Below are positions 25,001 to 37,192 of a DNA stretch of 64,000 bases, piece by piece. The DNA comes from Trichoplax sp. H2 (lineage: Eukaryota). The stretch covers positions 62,001-126,000 of the forward strand of contig NOWV01000163.1 of the NCBI GenBank assembly GCA_003344405.1, written 5' to 3'. The number at the start of each line of letters is the position of its first letter. Positions within the stretch are counted from its first letter, which is position 1. A program made the translations under genes and the position numbers. The notes under the pieces are model-generated. The model saw only the letters and a list, made by a program, of their open reading frames with translations. It searched no databases and was not told the DNA's origin.

Positions 25001-27981
25001 CTTAACAAATTGACGTTTTTTAGGTAAATCAGAATCGCTTGCAAAATTACCTCAAATGCAAAGTGGAAATAGCAATTCCTACCAACAGCCTACACCACCA
25101 ATTTCGTCTGACGATGAAAGCAATCTTACTCCCAGCCCTACAAGTAGCAGCGCTGATAGCGAAGATTTAAAGATGAAGATTGATATTCCGAGAGGAATCC
25201 ATGACAGCACCCGAGTTGGTTTATGTGTGTTTTTGTTTACTTTTTTATTATTTAACCCTTTCAATATGGCTTCACTTCAACAAAATGGCACTCCGGATGA
25301 TGCTATGTCTCCTCGCGTTGGTGGTCGTATCTTACAAAGTGTAAGATATCCTAAATTTGATTGATAATAAAAAGGCTATATGACACGTTATCGTAAGTAA
25401 ACGGGACCGCTTATTCTTTTTAGGAGGAAAGTATCGAACCTGTTACTGATATGATGAATGCAGCTTTTGGTTGGAGTTTCCGCATCGTCATGGCAATCGC
25501 ATGTATACTCTATATATTTGCTTTCGGCGAACCGGTTTCTAGACCAAATTCTAAATCGGCAGTGCATTATTCTCGTAATTTTCATCAAGCAGATATCGAT
25601 CTTAAGAAGGTGAATAAATCTGCATTCAATTATGTGTTCAAATTGTATGCAATACTAAGCTAGGTGTATTTTCTTTATTAGGGAGATTATACATCAGCTG
25701 TTCGTCATCTACGTATGAGTTTGCGATCTTTAGGACGTTCACAACCCATGTCAACTTTCGACTTGATCTCAAGTTTAATATGGCAAATTGTATTTCAAGT
25801 TCTAAATTTATTCTGGATTGGTCGGTGGTTGTCGCTTTTACCAGGTTTCGGTTTGAATTTTAGGAAAGAAAGTAGGAAAAATGACGATGCGCGCTCTTCA
25901 GCAAAGAATGCTGCTTTAGCTTATCATCGACTAAACCAACTAACACTTACCGGTAAGTGCTGCTATTTAATTAATCGTATTTAATGTTACAGATAACTAC
26001 ACATGTAGTTCAACATATGGTACATGAAATTTATTCGTATATTATTTAAACCATTTTCCATTAGGTCACAATCCTGTATCAAATTTATCAGCTATCAATT
26101 GTGCACTAACGGCAGTAAATCTGAGTGAATTAGCATGTGATAAATTATCCAAGGAAGACAAGGTCGACATTTTGGTATCAACAGCGTTTGCTTTGAAAAG
26201 ACACCTATTTAGACCGTTAGATGTCTCTTCTGTTAGTGATGCTTTATTTAATATCGTTTTATTGATTATATTGGCACTTGTATTTTTAGAAATAAGTACC
26301 TATTGATATTTTATTATAGCGATTATACCTGAGCATTTCTCGCAAAATATGTCAGCTACATCCTGATAGAGCTTTGTCAGGCTATCAGTGGTTGTTTGAT
26401 CCACGTGGACATAAATTTTTCACGTCTGGCAATTGGTCGAGCAAAGAGGAAGACAGCATCTGGTCACTCGTAGAAAATAGCTGTACGTGGTTTTATCAAT
26501 AGAATTTTTGTTGATGTTTTGACATTAGTATTGTTGTGGTATCTAGAATTTAATCAAATCAGTCTAAGGGGCTTATTGACGTTCTGTCTTCGAATTTGTG
26601 ATATTAGATAACCCAAACACTCACTTCAAGAGGTGTTTCAGAGAACACTTACTGCAGCATTCGTTAGAAGCCCTTTTAATTCCTGGCGCAATGGATGATA
26701 AAGACCGCAGGGTTACAATTGCTGATACAATTAATTGCTTACGTTTACTGCGTGAGCAGGCGGAATTATCGGGAAATATTCCCGAAAATGTTACGATAGG
26801 TGACGCTGCAGCTAAAGCTCTTAGTAGCGATGTAGTTGCAAAATGGTGGTCTTCTGTTGGCTTGGTCTGGGCGCATTGGTTGAAAGGTGATAATAATTCT
26901 GCTAACAATTACTTTAAGGAAGTGGAAGAAATGCCTGAACTAATGAAGCAGCTAAAGTAAGCAGTATCTTTGCTGAATTTGATAGAACTGTTAGCATCAT
27001 TGTACTTTGTCCATTGTATATTAATTTGCTCTTGTTTACAGGGATCCTTTGTATGCTACTATTACCATAGCCTATCGTGCACGTCAAATGGTAAATTCTC
27101 CGGAAAATGTACCAGCAGATTGTTTTAATTTATGCAATGACGCTGGGCAACTAATACAAGAGAGTATAACATCAACTAGTCATCATTCGAACAATAAGCT
27201 ACTTAGAGTGAGTTTATTAAAGTATAAATTTTATTATAGCAACTATCGTGAGTCTAAATATAACATACTTTTGTGTTATTCTCCATAATTAGTACGCCCA
27301 ACTTCTGTGTGTCGAATGTTTGGCAACTACACGTGTTGCATTGTGGGAAAGTGATTACAGTAAGCCGAAGCAGTCTTTATCTTGTAGTGAACATCTCAAA
27401 GGATTTCGCCAAGATATTCACACGTTGCAATCCTTTGCTCAGCAATTTACACTTGCTCAACCTCGCGTAAGTGAATAGCCTTCAGCTACATTTTAATTAT
27501 TAATAATATTATTTGTTTATATTGGGATGCTTATGACCCTGTAAATTTCTTTTTTATCACAGTTATTCTTGTATAAGGCCGTCGTAAGAATTATGGCCCG
27601 CGCCAATCCTGCTATAACACAACAGTTGATTGACCGTTGTATGCATTCAAACTTACGCTACCGTGGATCTGGCTTAACTAGTGAACAAGGTAGGTTTATA
27701 CAAATTATACGACCTTAATATTTTTTATTATTGACAATGTATCTCACTGTTTTTATGCTTTAATTTCAGTTGTAAGGGTAAATGACAGAAATTCTGCTGA
27801 CGCGCTCATTTTGGCACATCGATATTTACCGAAAGCGATGTTATCGACACCTGCTATGAACGCTGATGCTATCGGCAATGTAGCTAGAGCATTAGAAAGT
27901 ATTGGAGATATTAGCAAGTTAAAGGAATGTCAACGTTTACTGATGAGTCTAGGCCCTGGAAAGATACAAACTACATTGTAG
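22024..27981 (+). CDS. SREBP: Sterol regulatory element-binding protein (bHLH-zip membrane-bound transcription factor); 14 exons, 1039 aa
   Basis: Exons 22024-22153, 23401-23834, 24333-24656, 24800-24899, 25024-25340, 25424-25609, 25682-25952, 26065-26231, 26320-26482, 26608-26956, 27042-27207, 27293-27466, 27563-27689, 27770-27981; all GT-AG and in frame (3120 nt). Acidic N-terminus (LDDID); b[27 protein letters not shown] with the SREBP-diagnostic Tyr; DSTR-TM1-NP; luminal GRILQS; TM2; C-terminal motifs [31 protein letters not shown]. Confidence 0.96.
22455..22650. repeat. TACAG/CTGTA-rich tract in SREBP intron 1
   Basis: TACAGTGTACAGTACTGTACTG and TGTACAGTGTACTGTACAGTGTACAGTATACTGTA. Confidence 0.7.
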
Positions 27982-28180
27982 AAAGTGCGCTGCAGCTGTT
28001 TTGATTTCATGATGCACCCGTTCCTATTGGTAAGGAATTGAATTATGTAGCTATCTGATTATCCATGTACCGCAAAGTCAAAATAATTAGAGCTAAATTT
28101 ATTCCTTGTAAATTCTGACCCTTTAGCGTTAAAATACTTACGCTGTATTGCGGTAGATAAAGGTTTCCTTGAGATCATAC

Positions 28181-28186
28181 AATAAA
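28181..28186 (+). terminator. Candidate polyadenylation signal of SREBP
   Basis: AATAAA 200 bp after the stop codon; weak evidence in AT-rich DNA. Confidence 0.35.
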
Positions 28187-30602
28187 ATTTGTAAATTACT
28201 TGTGCACAGAATTTATCATTCCGTAATTAGTACATGTATGTGATCTTATTTATATTAATGCATTCCGTGATATTTTTGGAAAAGCTATAGATGATAATGG
28301 TACTATATATGTCATTAAAGTGGATTTATTGTAATTGTGGAATTCGAATGATCTATCCAACACAGCACTATTCGTAATTATATGACTAATGTAAATTACT
28401 AAAGTGGATAAATGTACTTACACGCGCCTCTATTAAAGAGTATGAGCCTTGTGTATAAACAGATACTGGTTTGATACTGGCTGGATAAAGCTAGTGCAAT
28501 TGTCCTACTGATATCTTATTAGAATGGTTAATTGTAGAAACTTTTAAAAGTATAGCATCAATTATTCCTTGATATTGCTCATTAACAATTGGATGGAATG
28601 ATTAATTGATTTTATTCTTATTGTATATTAAGATATGGCAGATATGTTCTACTAATAAGATTTTGTCCAAATTTTAAATGTGGAGTGTAATAAACTCAGA
28701 ATGCTCGTAGGTTATACAGTTTAGTCTTCAATTAATGAGTGCATATGAAGCAAGAATACATTCGATGGTGTTTGAAGTATGTGCAAGTGATGCAGTGAAT
28801 TGCATAGTATACATCTGCCAACTAGAATATTTCTTTTGTTTGCATCTCTAAATGCCAGATCTACTGTAAGCCAAAATTAGTGTATGGCCATGGATTACTA
28901 AATACTTCTGGTCTCGCCACTTTTAAAATTAAAGTGAAATACATTAACAATCAATTTTAAAACCGTAATTTTAGACAGTCTAGTATCAATGAATGAGAGA
29001 ATACGCCACTGTACTTTTACATACTGATATGATATGATATACTGTAATTGTTCTTTTACGCGAAAAGATATGCCAGCAATCAGTGTACCTGTCAGTGCAA
29101 TAATAAAAATAAAATATAACTGTTGAACTTCTACTAGATTGCAGGCTGCAGGATAGTTCTCAAACTAGCTGTAAGTCATAAATAATTAAAAAGGCGTTAG
29201 TATGCGACTACATACTGATTCTAATGCTACAACGTTGATTAGCTCAATTTAATTAATTAGCATCGCAATGCCGGGTCGCTAGTTATGCGTTTCTATAAAC
29301 TGAGTACAGTGCTACTGCCGTAATATTCATATTTTAACATAGGTTATATCTGACTACTCAAGTCAAACCTAATCAATCTATAGTCTTGCCAAAAACTATC
29401 CAAAGATAACAATACTCTTAATATAGATGCTTTATTTTTGTGTTGTAATAATGCAATTAATTTAAAACCGTCTTTAAATCTGAAATTTATTCAAAAAAAG
29501 TCATTTAAAATTACAAACGGCAAGTTATCTGTTACCTGAAGCAGTTATGTTGAACAATTTAACCAGACATTTTTAATGATATTTACAAATTAAAAAGACA
29601 CTGCAATGCATACTTGATTTAGAATACAAATTATCAGGCAATCCGAATAAAATGACTTGTTTTCGGGCAGTATCAATACGCTACCACATTGTTACTCTTT
29701 AACGAGCTATAGGTATACCTTAGCTAATGAAAAGCAATGTTAATATAATCCATTGTACGATTAGTTGTGCAAAATAATGAGTAGTTATTCACTAATGTTT
29801 ACAGATGGTAATCTATTAACTGACAATATTATCAGAGCCCATCTGACCTTTAATCATGGTTCAATGCTACATCGATTTATCAATTTCGTATTTTTATAAT
29901 ATATACGAATTCTAAGATTCATCGAAGCTTTTTTGTGTTCTGATCTATCCCTTATTGCAACATCAACAGTATCCTGAATATCCCAAACTTTAGAGCCATG
30001 TTGTACATAGTCTTCAGTTAGCTGATATTCATTATAATATTCTTACGGTCATAGATGTTAGAAATGTCTAACTATCTCAACTGTGATAATATCGCTTGAA
30101 ACAATTTTATTTCAATGCTGTCTCTCAACAATCAATCGCTGGAATGGATACGTAAAGAAGATGACTCGATATTAAATATTTATTTTACTAAGATTTTAGC
30201 TAATAGGGATGATAAATCAATCTGTACATCGTAATAAAAGCCTTTAGTTTTTGATAACTGGTATTGTCAAATAAAAGAAAGACAGGATCTTTTGTAATAA
30301 ACAGATACATACTATTTTCTCTCTTAAAATCCTAATGATGCAAAAATAATGATCGAACGTGTTAATCAAGTTTACTCAGTTTTGGAAAGTGGCATAAAAT
30401 TGCTCTAAATTTAGCGTAGACAGTTGGTATGTTTAACAACTTCTAAATTTGGATTTGTTGCTACAAAAGTTGATGCTTTAAATTATATAGTAAAAGTTAC
30501 ATTTAAGTATATTTGTTTCAAATTCGATCAGGACGACTTCTTGAATAACTACGGTATCCTTTTAATTGCTATAATAAAAGACTAATAATTAATTTTAGAA
30601 CG

Positions 30603-30631
30603 TGAATATATTCTAGGTTAGAATATATTCA
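30603..30631. repeat. Perfect inverted repeat with 13-bp arms and a 3-nt loop
   Basis: TGAATATATTCTA-GGT-TAGAATATATTCA. Confidence 0.85.
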
Positions 30632-33600
30632 GGAAGTAATATTAACTTTCAAAGTTGTTAAAAATCAATTTGGACAGTTGTAGTTTGAAACAGCTGATAA
30701 ATTTTGAAATCGTAAATTTTTGCTCTATTTCTATCTGTTAATTTGCAATGAAATTATTCATAGATTATCGTGCTGGACCACCTGGTCGTAACCTCATTGA
30801 TTATTGTTTGAATAAGTCGTGAAATCGTCATAAAATAATCATTTAAACTAAGGGTATTCTAGAAGCATTTGTTTTTAATTAATGCTTGTTGTGCCATTAA
30901 AGGTCATCATGGCACTTCATAGAAATTACATTTCATCGCAGACGTAGAAATTGCGCCTTTAGGATTTAAAATTACTTATTATAGTGCTTAGATCAAGAAC
31001 CAAATACATTTGTATACCGAAGCACTCACCTAAGCCAAATGTGTCGCCCAAATTAAAATTTAAATTGTTCAAATAAAATCAAGGTTTCTGATTTTGCATG
31101 TTATTTTTTATGGACATCATATTACTAATTGTTTGTAAATCCTAGTTTGTTGATTTAGGAATAAAATTAAACTTTCAAGTGTGCTCGTTGTTATGATTTA
31201 AATTATATGACATGCTTGTATCGATAGAAAATAAAAAGATTTACATCACTAAAGGACTTAAATAGCGATATCAATTGTATAACAGTAGCGATTGCCATAT
31301 TCTCTAGTATTATTATCTTCAATGGCATATCTTTACAAAGCGATAGACGATTGGCATTGACTTTCAGCAGTTGTAGCAACCTTATAAAAAAATAAAAGAG
31401 AAAAAGATTGAGTGACGAATTATTTTCGATCTTATGTTAACAGAGAGTAGATATTAATTTATAAAAATTAAAATTAATATACTTGTTTAGCTAAATTATA
31501 CGACCATCTGGCGAGTTGTGTATGTAGACAAATGGATTATAATAAGTTGTAATTGAAATAGTAACAATCAAAAATGATGGCGACAATTAGTGATCACTTT
31601 ATCTATCAATTGATTATCAATTGGTTTTTGAAAGGTTTTTAATGATTGATTATAAGCATAATATTATATAAAATGGACTTATCAATAAAAATAATCATGT
31701 TGATTACTTTCATGCAAAAATAACTCAACAGAATCGCTTCAACAATGATTCTTCGAAATAGAATTGAATCTATTTTGACTGCATAATATCAATTAATGTT
31801 AATCTAACTATAATCAGATCATTTTAGATTTGACTTTTGTTTTCGCTATAATGAACTTATTGATACCGATGATTTATAGATATAAGCGTGCATGTATTGA
31901 ATGTAAAGAGTTTATTTTATTTGTTTATTATCGACTAATTGTTGAGACAGGAGTTTAAATATCAAGGTATACGGTATCCTATTAAATTGAATTGTTCCAA
32001 TAAATGATTGCCGTCTATTTACTCTCTTTCATTGTTTGATTAGTCGTTATTTGACTGTTAAGTTTTAATTTAAACCTTATGTGATTAATTAAGTGCAACA
32101 ACACCTTTGATTGTAATCGAAATTGGTCTATACTGTATTGACACTAGATAAATAAGAAATGCTTTATTGCGACGGAATTTATTTCTCTACCGATATTTAT
32201 AAAATTTAATGATAATTGATTTGCTTACTGTAACTTATGATTGATATTGTGTATCATTTTAATCATTGTTAAATCCAATGGACGATCCTTATTGAACCAA
32301 TAAATTACATTAACCTTCGAATACAGAATTGATTAAAATGATTTATATAGTAATATAATGTTACTTTCGTTACCCCACCTTGATCGATCAAATCATAACA
32401 TTATCTAATTATAGCATATGGTATTCACTATCCAGACTTCAAACGGATGTCAATTCTCATATTTGACTTTTATTCTATAATGATTATTTATAGATTCTGA
32501 ACTATAGAATTTCATATTTAGAGGTTATTAATTGACGCTTAATTGCCAGGAGAAATGATCACTTCTAGCCATATGTAAAATCGTTGTTTAAGTAGTAGTT
32601 AGAAGCGACATTGTTTGTAGACATGGCTAGGTTTCTATATTGTGGTGATAATATAATTTAAAGGCTATTATTTTTCTATCTGCTTGAAAATTATGAAAAC
32701 TAATTTATCCTAAGTAAAATCTCTACCTTCATGTTGAGCTTAGTAGATAGGTAACAATGCATTTTTTTGTACGATAGGGATATACACTACATTGTCTATA
32801 GTCTTTAAATGCTGATGATATGAAGTTATGAAATAAAAACTGATCGACTGATTTACATACTTTTTATTTCATATTCGCTTGTAATTCTATGCTAACACCA
32901 TAAGCGAAATAAAAAAATAGTAAGATTGAATTAAGGACTCATATAAGCTATATCATTGCTCATGATGATTTTATATGCTGTACCTACCGTTAAAAGTAGA
33001 TCAATTCAACTTTTACTATCATAATATCATAAACTGATTTAATAAGAAAATCTTGCATAAAAATAATAATATTTTCAAGATCGATATTCATGAGCTTCCA
33101 AAATGAACATTTGAAGTCTTCCATGAAAAAACAAGAGAAGCATAGAGTCCATTACAGACCAGAACTATCCACAATCAGTTTATCAGTTTATGGTAAAATT
33201 GAAGTTTGTGAATAAAGAAAATCGTCTTATGTCAAGATCCCTTGAGTAAAAATGATACAAGGCATTAAAGGTCTAAAATGCATCGTTTACTATCTAGATT
33301 TAATTCTGAAAATAGCCTCAATTAAAGAATTACAAATAGTTGCCATGACTCATTGTCTAAGAATTCGACAGAAAATTGATTTAAAACTAATCTTCGTTAG
33401 TATTGCTTTTTCATTCTGCTATTAGGTTACGAGATTTGCTGATGTTTTGAATAGTTAGGAAAGCCTATCAAGAGTAATCAATCGTTACTAAAATGTTCAT
33501 TTAGTTAGCTGCAATTTTTTTAAAACTTGGAGCAGTATATCTCCTCATGTACTACGGCGTAATTAACGATGTTAAAACGAATGAGCTTAAATTCTGTCAA

Positions 33601-34386
33601 CCTTTTTAATATTTATAATGATTAATCAAGTATTTATGCCTCTGTCATAAAACAGCTTTACAACAAGATAACGTAATATATGGTCAATAAGTCAATTCCT
33701 TGAACAACGTATCAAGGAACGATATCTGCACTATCACAAACACTTTTGCTCTACTAGCAGACTACACAAAGACTTAAACGCCTCGTATTTTACGTTAAGC
33801 ACTAAGTTGGAGAATCCGCTTTATTACACGATATACTGCATTTATATACTCTTCTTCAATAGTTCATGAGTCATAGTTAATACAATTAACATTGGAATCA
33901 TTTACTGAATTAGGTATTAATTTTAGCTACTGCTCCCTTAATGCAGACAACAGTATTTACGAACATAGACATGTAATGACTAATACAGAATAGTTAGATT
34001 ACGATATGTCCTATCACGGAGCATTTCCATGATAATTTACGATCTACCATAAGTAAATTGCAATCATAATGATTCGAACTGTAAGTAGATGATTTGGATT
34101 CCCTATTATATCTATTAATTTCAGTATGTGTATATGTGTCACTGTCATAAGAAGTCAGTGCTATATTAAAACACAGCATATCCAAATTAGAAGTTAACTA
34201 AATAAGGATAGGCTAACAATATTATCCTAACATAGATATTTCTACTGTAATACAGTACATAACACTGTCACAGCCTCAAATGTCCATTCTAAGGCTAATT
34301 AAAGAAGCTCTGTTGACATTTAGAGAAAGGCATATTAGTTATTAGACATAACAATTGTTTCAATACGAAATATTCACGAGAACAAG

Positions 34387-34938
34387 TGTAATGTAACTAG
34401 TATTGTGACTGTAGACTATTAGCCATGTTTAGTATAATGTACGGTAGATATTTATCTTAAGAGATATTTGGTAGCTATAACTATAGACTGTAGTGGTATA
34501 GACTCTACGATAGAGTACAGATGACTATATACAGTAAGGTGTTGAGCTACTAATAAGGCTATAGGTAAAAAATAGAACTGTAAATTATACATTAGGATAT
34601 GGTTAATTCATTGTACTTTGGCTGGTGCGAATAATGTCTACGTAAGTACTGTAGTCGTATCCATATCAGATTAATGATGGTCCGCTGTAAAATAGTGTTA
34701 CTAAGAATAATTTAACTATTTGTAAAATAAGGTAAAAGATTGTCATGCGGATTGTAGCTGGGAATGCTACGATAAATATAAAAGCATGCAACTCTAGATT
34801 ATTCCGTTAGTTCGTTGTAGAAGTCTTTAGTAGTAGTATTTGGCTAGAGTAGAGCTGTGTGTAGTTAATCTTAGTATAAGATTCAATAAAGCTCTTATTT
34901 TTCTAAAATTTGGAATTTCGTGATTGGTATATATCACA
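34387..34938 (+). mobile_element. Solo LTR of an LTR retrotransposon (552 bp) with 5-bp TSD ACAAG
   Basis: Begins TGTAAT and ends ATCACA (TG...CA, imperfect terminal inverted repeat). Flanked by ACAAG at 34382-34386 and 34939-34943. TATAAAA near 34777 and AATAAA at 34885-34890. Near-identical to 41454-42449. Confidence 0.88.
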
Positions 34939-35821
34939 ACAAGTTATCATATATAGGTGTCCCAGGGGTGGCGATGATTGAGCTATGTTCTCTTTTCCAT
35001 CTATGCTTATATAGTAATATAGATATCGGGTTATCTTATTTGAATGATCAACTGTAAAATAATCCAATAGAAGTTAAAGTTGGTTCACCGATAACCTTAG
35101 TTTATTATCTTTTTTGGAATGATAGATTGCAGTAATATACATACAAACATTTTAAGGAGGAAGCTAGTTAAGAATGATCGGTAAATTTATTATTGAATGA
35201 CGTCAATCCGGGACAAAATTAAATGCGACTTTAATTAAAATTTTATTCGTGGTATTTTTCAAGGACTTTACATAATCGTGCATGATAGTCTTGTTTAATT
35301 TACTTTGTTATTGATATAAAATTGCCGAGAATTTATACATCAAGTTATAATTACTACTGTTCCTTTTGAATCGATAATAATTATTCTTAATTTTTAAATA
35401 ATTTACCTTAAAAATTTATAGATTTAAACCATTGAAATCGTTTGCTATTTAGATTATCAATCAATGATGTCTAGTTTATTTTTTTTATTTCACAAATGCA
35501 TGAGCATTGAAGGTATTGTCAGATGCGAAAATTTTTTCGGCTGACATCATCCTTAAGGATTTAAATACTGCATTATTGAGAAACATTTGTATACTAATTG
35601 TACTTATTTCGGTACTTACTCGTATTCTAATTTAATTTATCATCGCTTTAACTTACAATGAAAATTTATTGTAATGTAATTCATTGCGGCTGTAAGAAAT
35701 CGTTTCTGCGAAAAATTTGTTAAATTTGAATATTGGATGATATTATAATTGTATTAGAATAAGTAGATAATCAGCAACTATTATTATGATCGTGTCAATC
35801 ACAAATTTAGGCCTGACTCTA

Positions 35822-36960
35822 TTATCGATTAGATAATTCTTCTTCACTATCAGATAGTGGATATTGATCAGGAGATCCTTTACTTTCGTTTTCATCATGA
35901 TCTTGTCCATCTAACTTATTGTCCTTTTTCCACTTTACGCGACGATTCTGGAACCATATTTTAACTTGCTTCTCCGATAAATTTAACATATTAGCAATCT
36001 CAATCCTCCTCAGTCGCGATAGATATCGGCTACTGTTGAACTCCTTTTCTAATTCTAATAACTGCATACTGGTATAAGCTGTTCGTATACGCTTAGTTCT
36101 GGAAGAATGACTGGTCGATTTCATGCTAGTTTTATCTATGGAAAAGGTTAAATTATCAAGCTTAATATTAGGTTCAAATCAATTCAGAATGATCAAGTTG
36201 ACAATTTTAATTCTACTTTAAATGAACGCGAAGAAAAGGCTTTCAATACCTTGCAAGAATTTACTTACTTTACAATATGTTAAATGGTCTAACAACAGTA
36301 TGGCGAAAGATAGTTACAATTATCGAAAGACTCTAATTTGAGGAAGTATCATATACACACTTCTAATTAAATTAATCTATAGAATAAAATATCAACTGAT
36401 TGGTTTATTAGCATCTAAGTGAAAATAGTCATGATTTTGAATATCGATTGATAACTGAAAATAGAATAAAAACAATTTTTATCTAGTCCTAACTTCGAAC
36501 CACTCTGTGACTTTTCGATATTACAGTAGTGTTTATACTATTAATTTAGTAAATTTCTATTGCATTACGAGATGCATATAGAGGTTATTCTCCTATATTT
36601 TTCTGTTCGCTTATAAAATCTTTTACCTGATGCTAAATCTGGATGTTGTTGAGTGTCGGTATTTTGGATTCCTTGGAAGGCTGGTAATGATTGGTGATGA
36701 TGGTTGTCCAATCGATATTGTTGCTGATGGTATATGGCAGGATCGACTATAGGCGATGGCTTTACTAGAACTGGCCAAGTGACAGTTGATTTGGGTATAC
36801 AGACTTGACATGATGAATAATTGGGGTTGCTATCATGAGGCCAAGAGTGATAATTCGACGGCAGATAAAATGGTGCCATCATGGAAGAACCGTTAATGAT
36901 GGCATTGGTTGGATTACCTGGACCGATTAAACTTTCAATTTTAAAAGATGTATTGGCCAT
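35822..36960 (-). CDS. Trox-2: Gsx-type ParaHox homeobox protein (placozoan Trox-2); 2 exons, 215 aa
   Basis: Exon 1 36960-36627 (donor G|GTAAAA), exon 2 36135-35822 (acceptor TTTCCATAG|), phase 1. N-terminal SFKIESLI (Gsx/eh1-like). Homeodomain [58 protein letters not shown] is typical of Gsx/Cnox-2. Confidence 0.95.
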
Positions 36961-37182
36961 GTTTCACCTGTTAAATATTGTTATAAAATTCTAGCATAAA
37001 CTAATTTATCAATTAATCAATTGTGGCAATAATTGAAAATGATGATTAGTGTTTAAACAGATATGGATAGTAGTTAAAACTTTAAAGTCTAAATTGATGT
37101 TAGCAGTAATTAAGTTTAACTATCAATGTTGTTAACTCAGGCGATGAATGATGGAATGTGATAATTTTTTACTAGCTCAGGG

Positions 37183-37192
37183 CTTTTATATA
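37183..37192 (-). promoter_or_regulatory. Candidate TATA box of Trox-2
   Basis: TATATAAAAG on minus about 225 bp upstream of the ATG, with Inr-like TCACATTC about 30 bp downstream. Confidence 0.4.

Noticed and set aside
4186-26908. ORFs antisense or out-of-frame to the GPCR and SREBP exons (4186, 14463, 25079, 25388, 26621)
   Set aside because: Shadow frames of real coding exons.
26957-27041. SREBP intron 10 contains CATTGTACTTTGTCCATTGTA, loosely like miR-33, which is intronic in bilaterian SREBP genes
   Set aside because: No intact GTGCATTG seed and no complementary arm for a hairpin; the other short 3' introns also show no miR-33.
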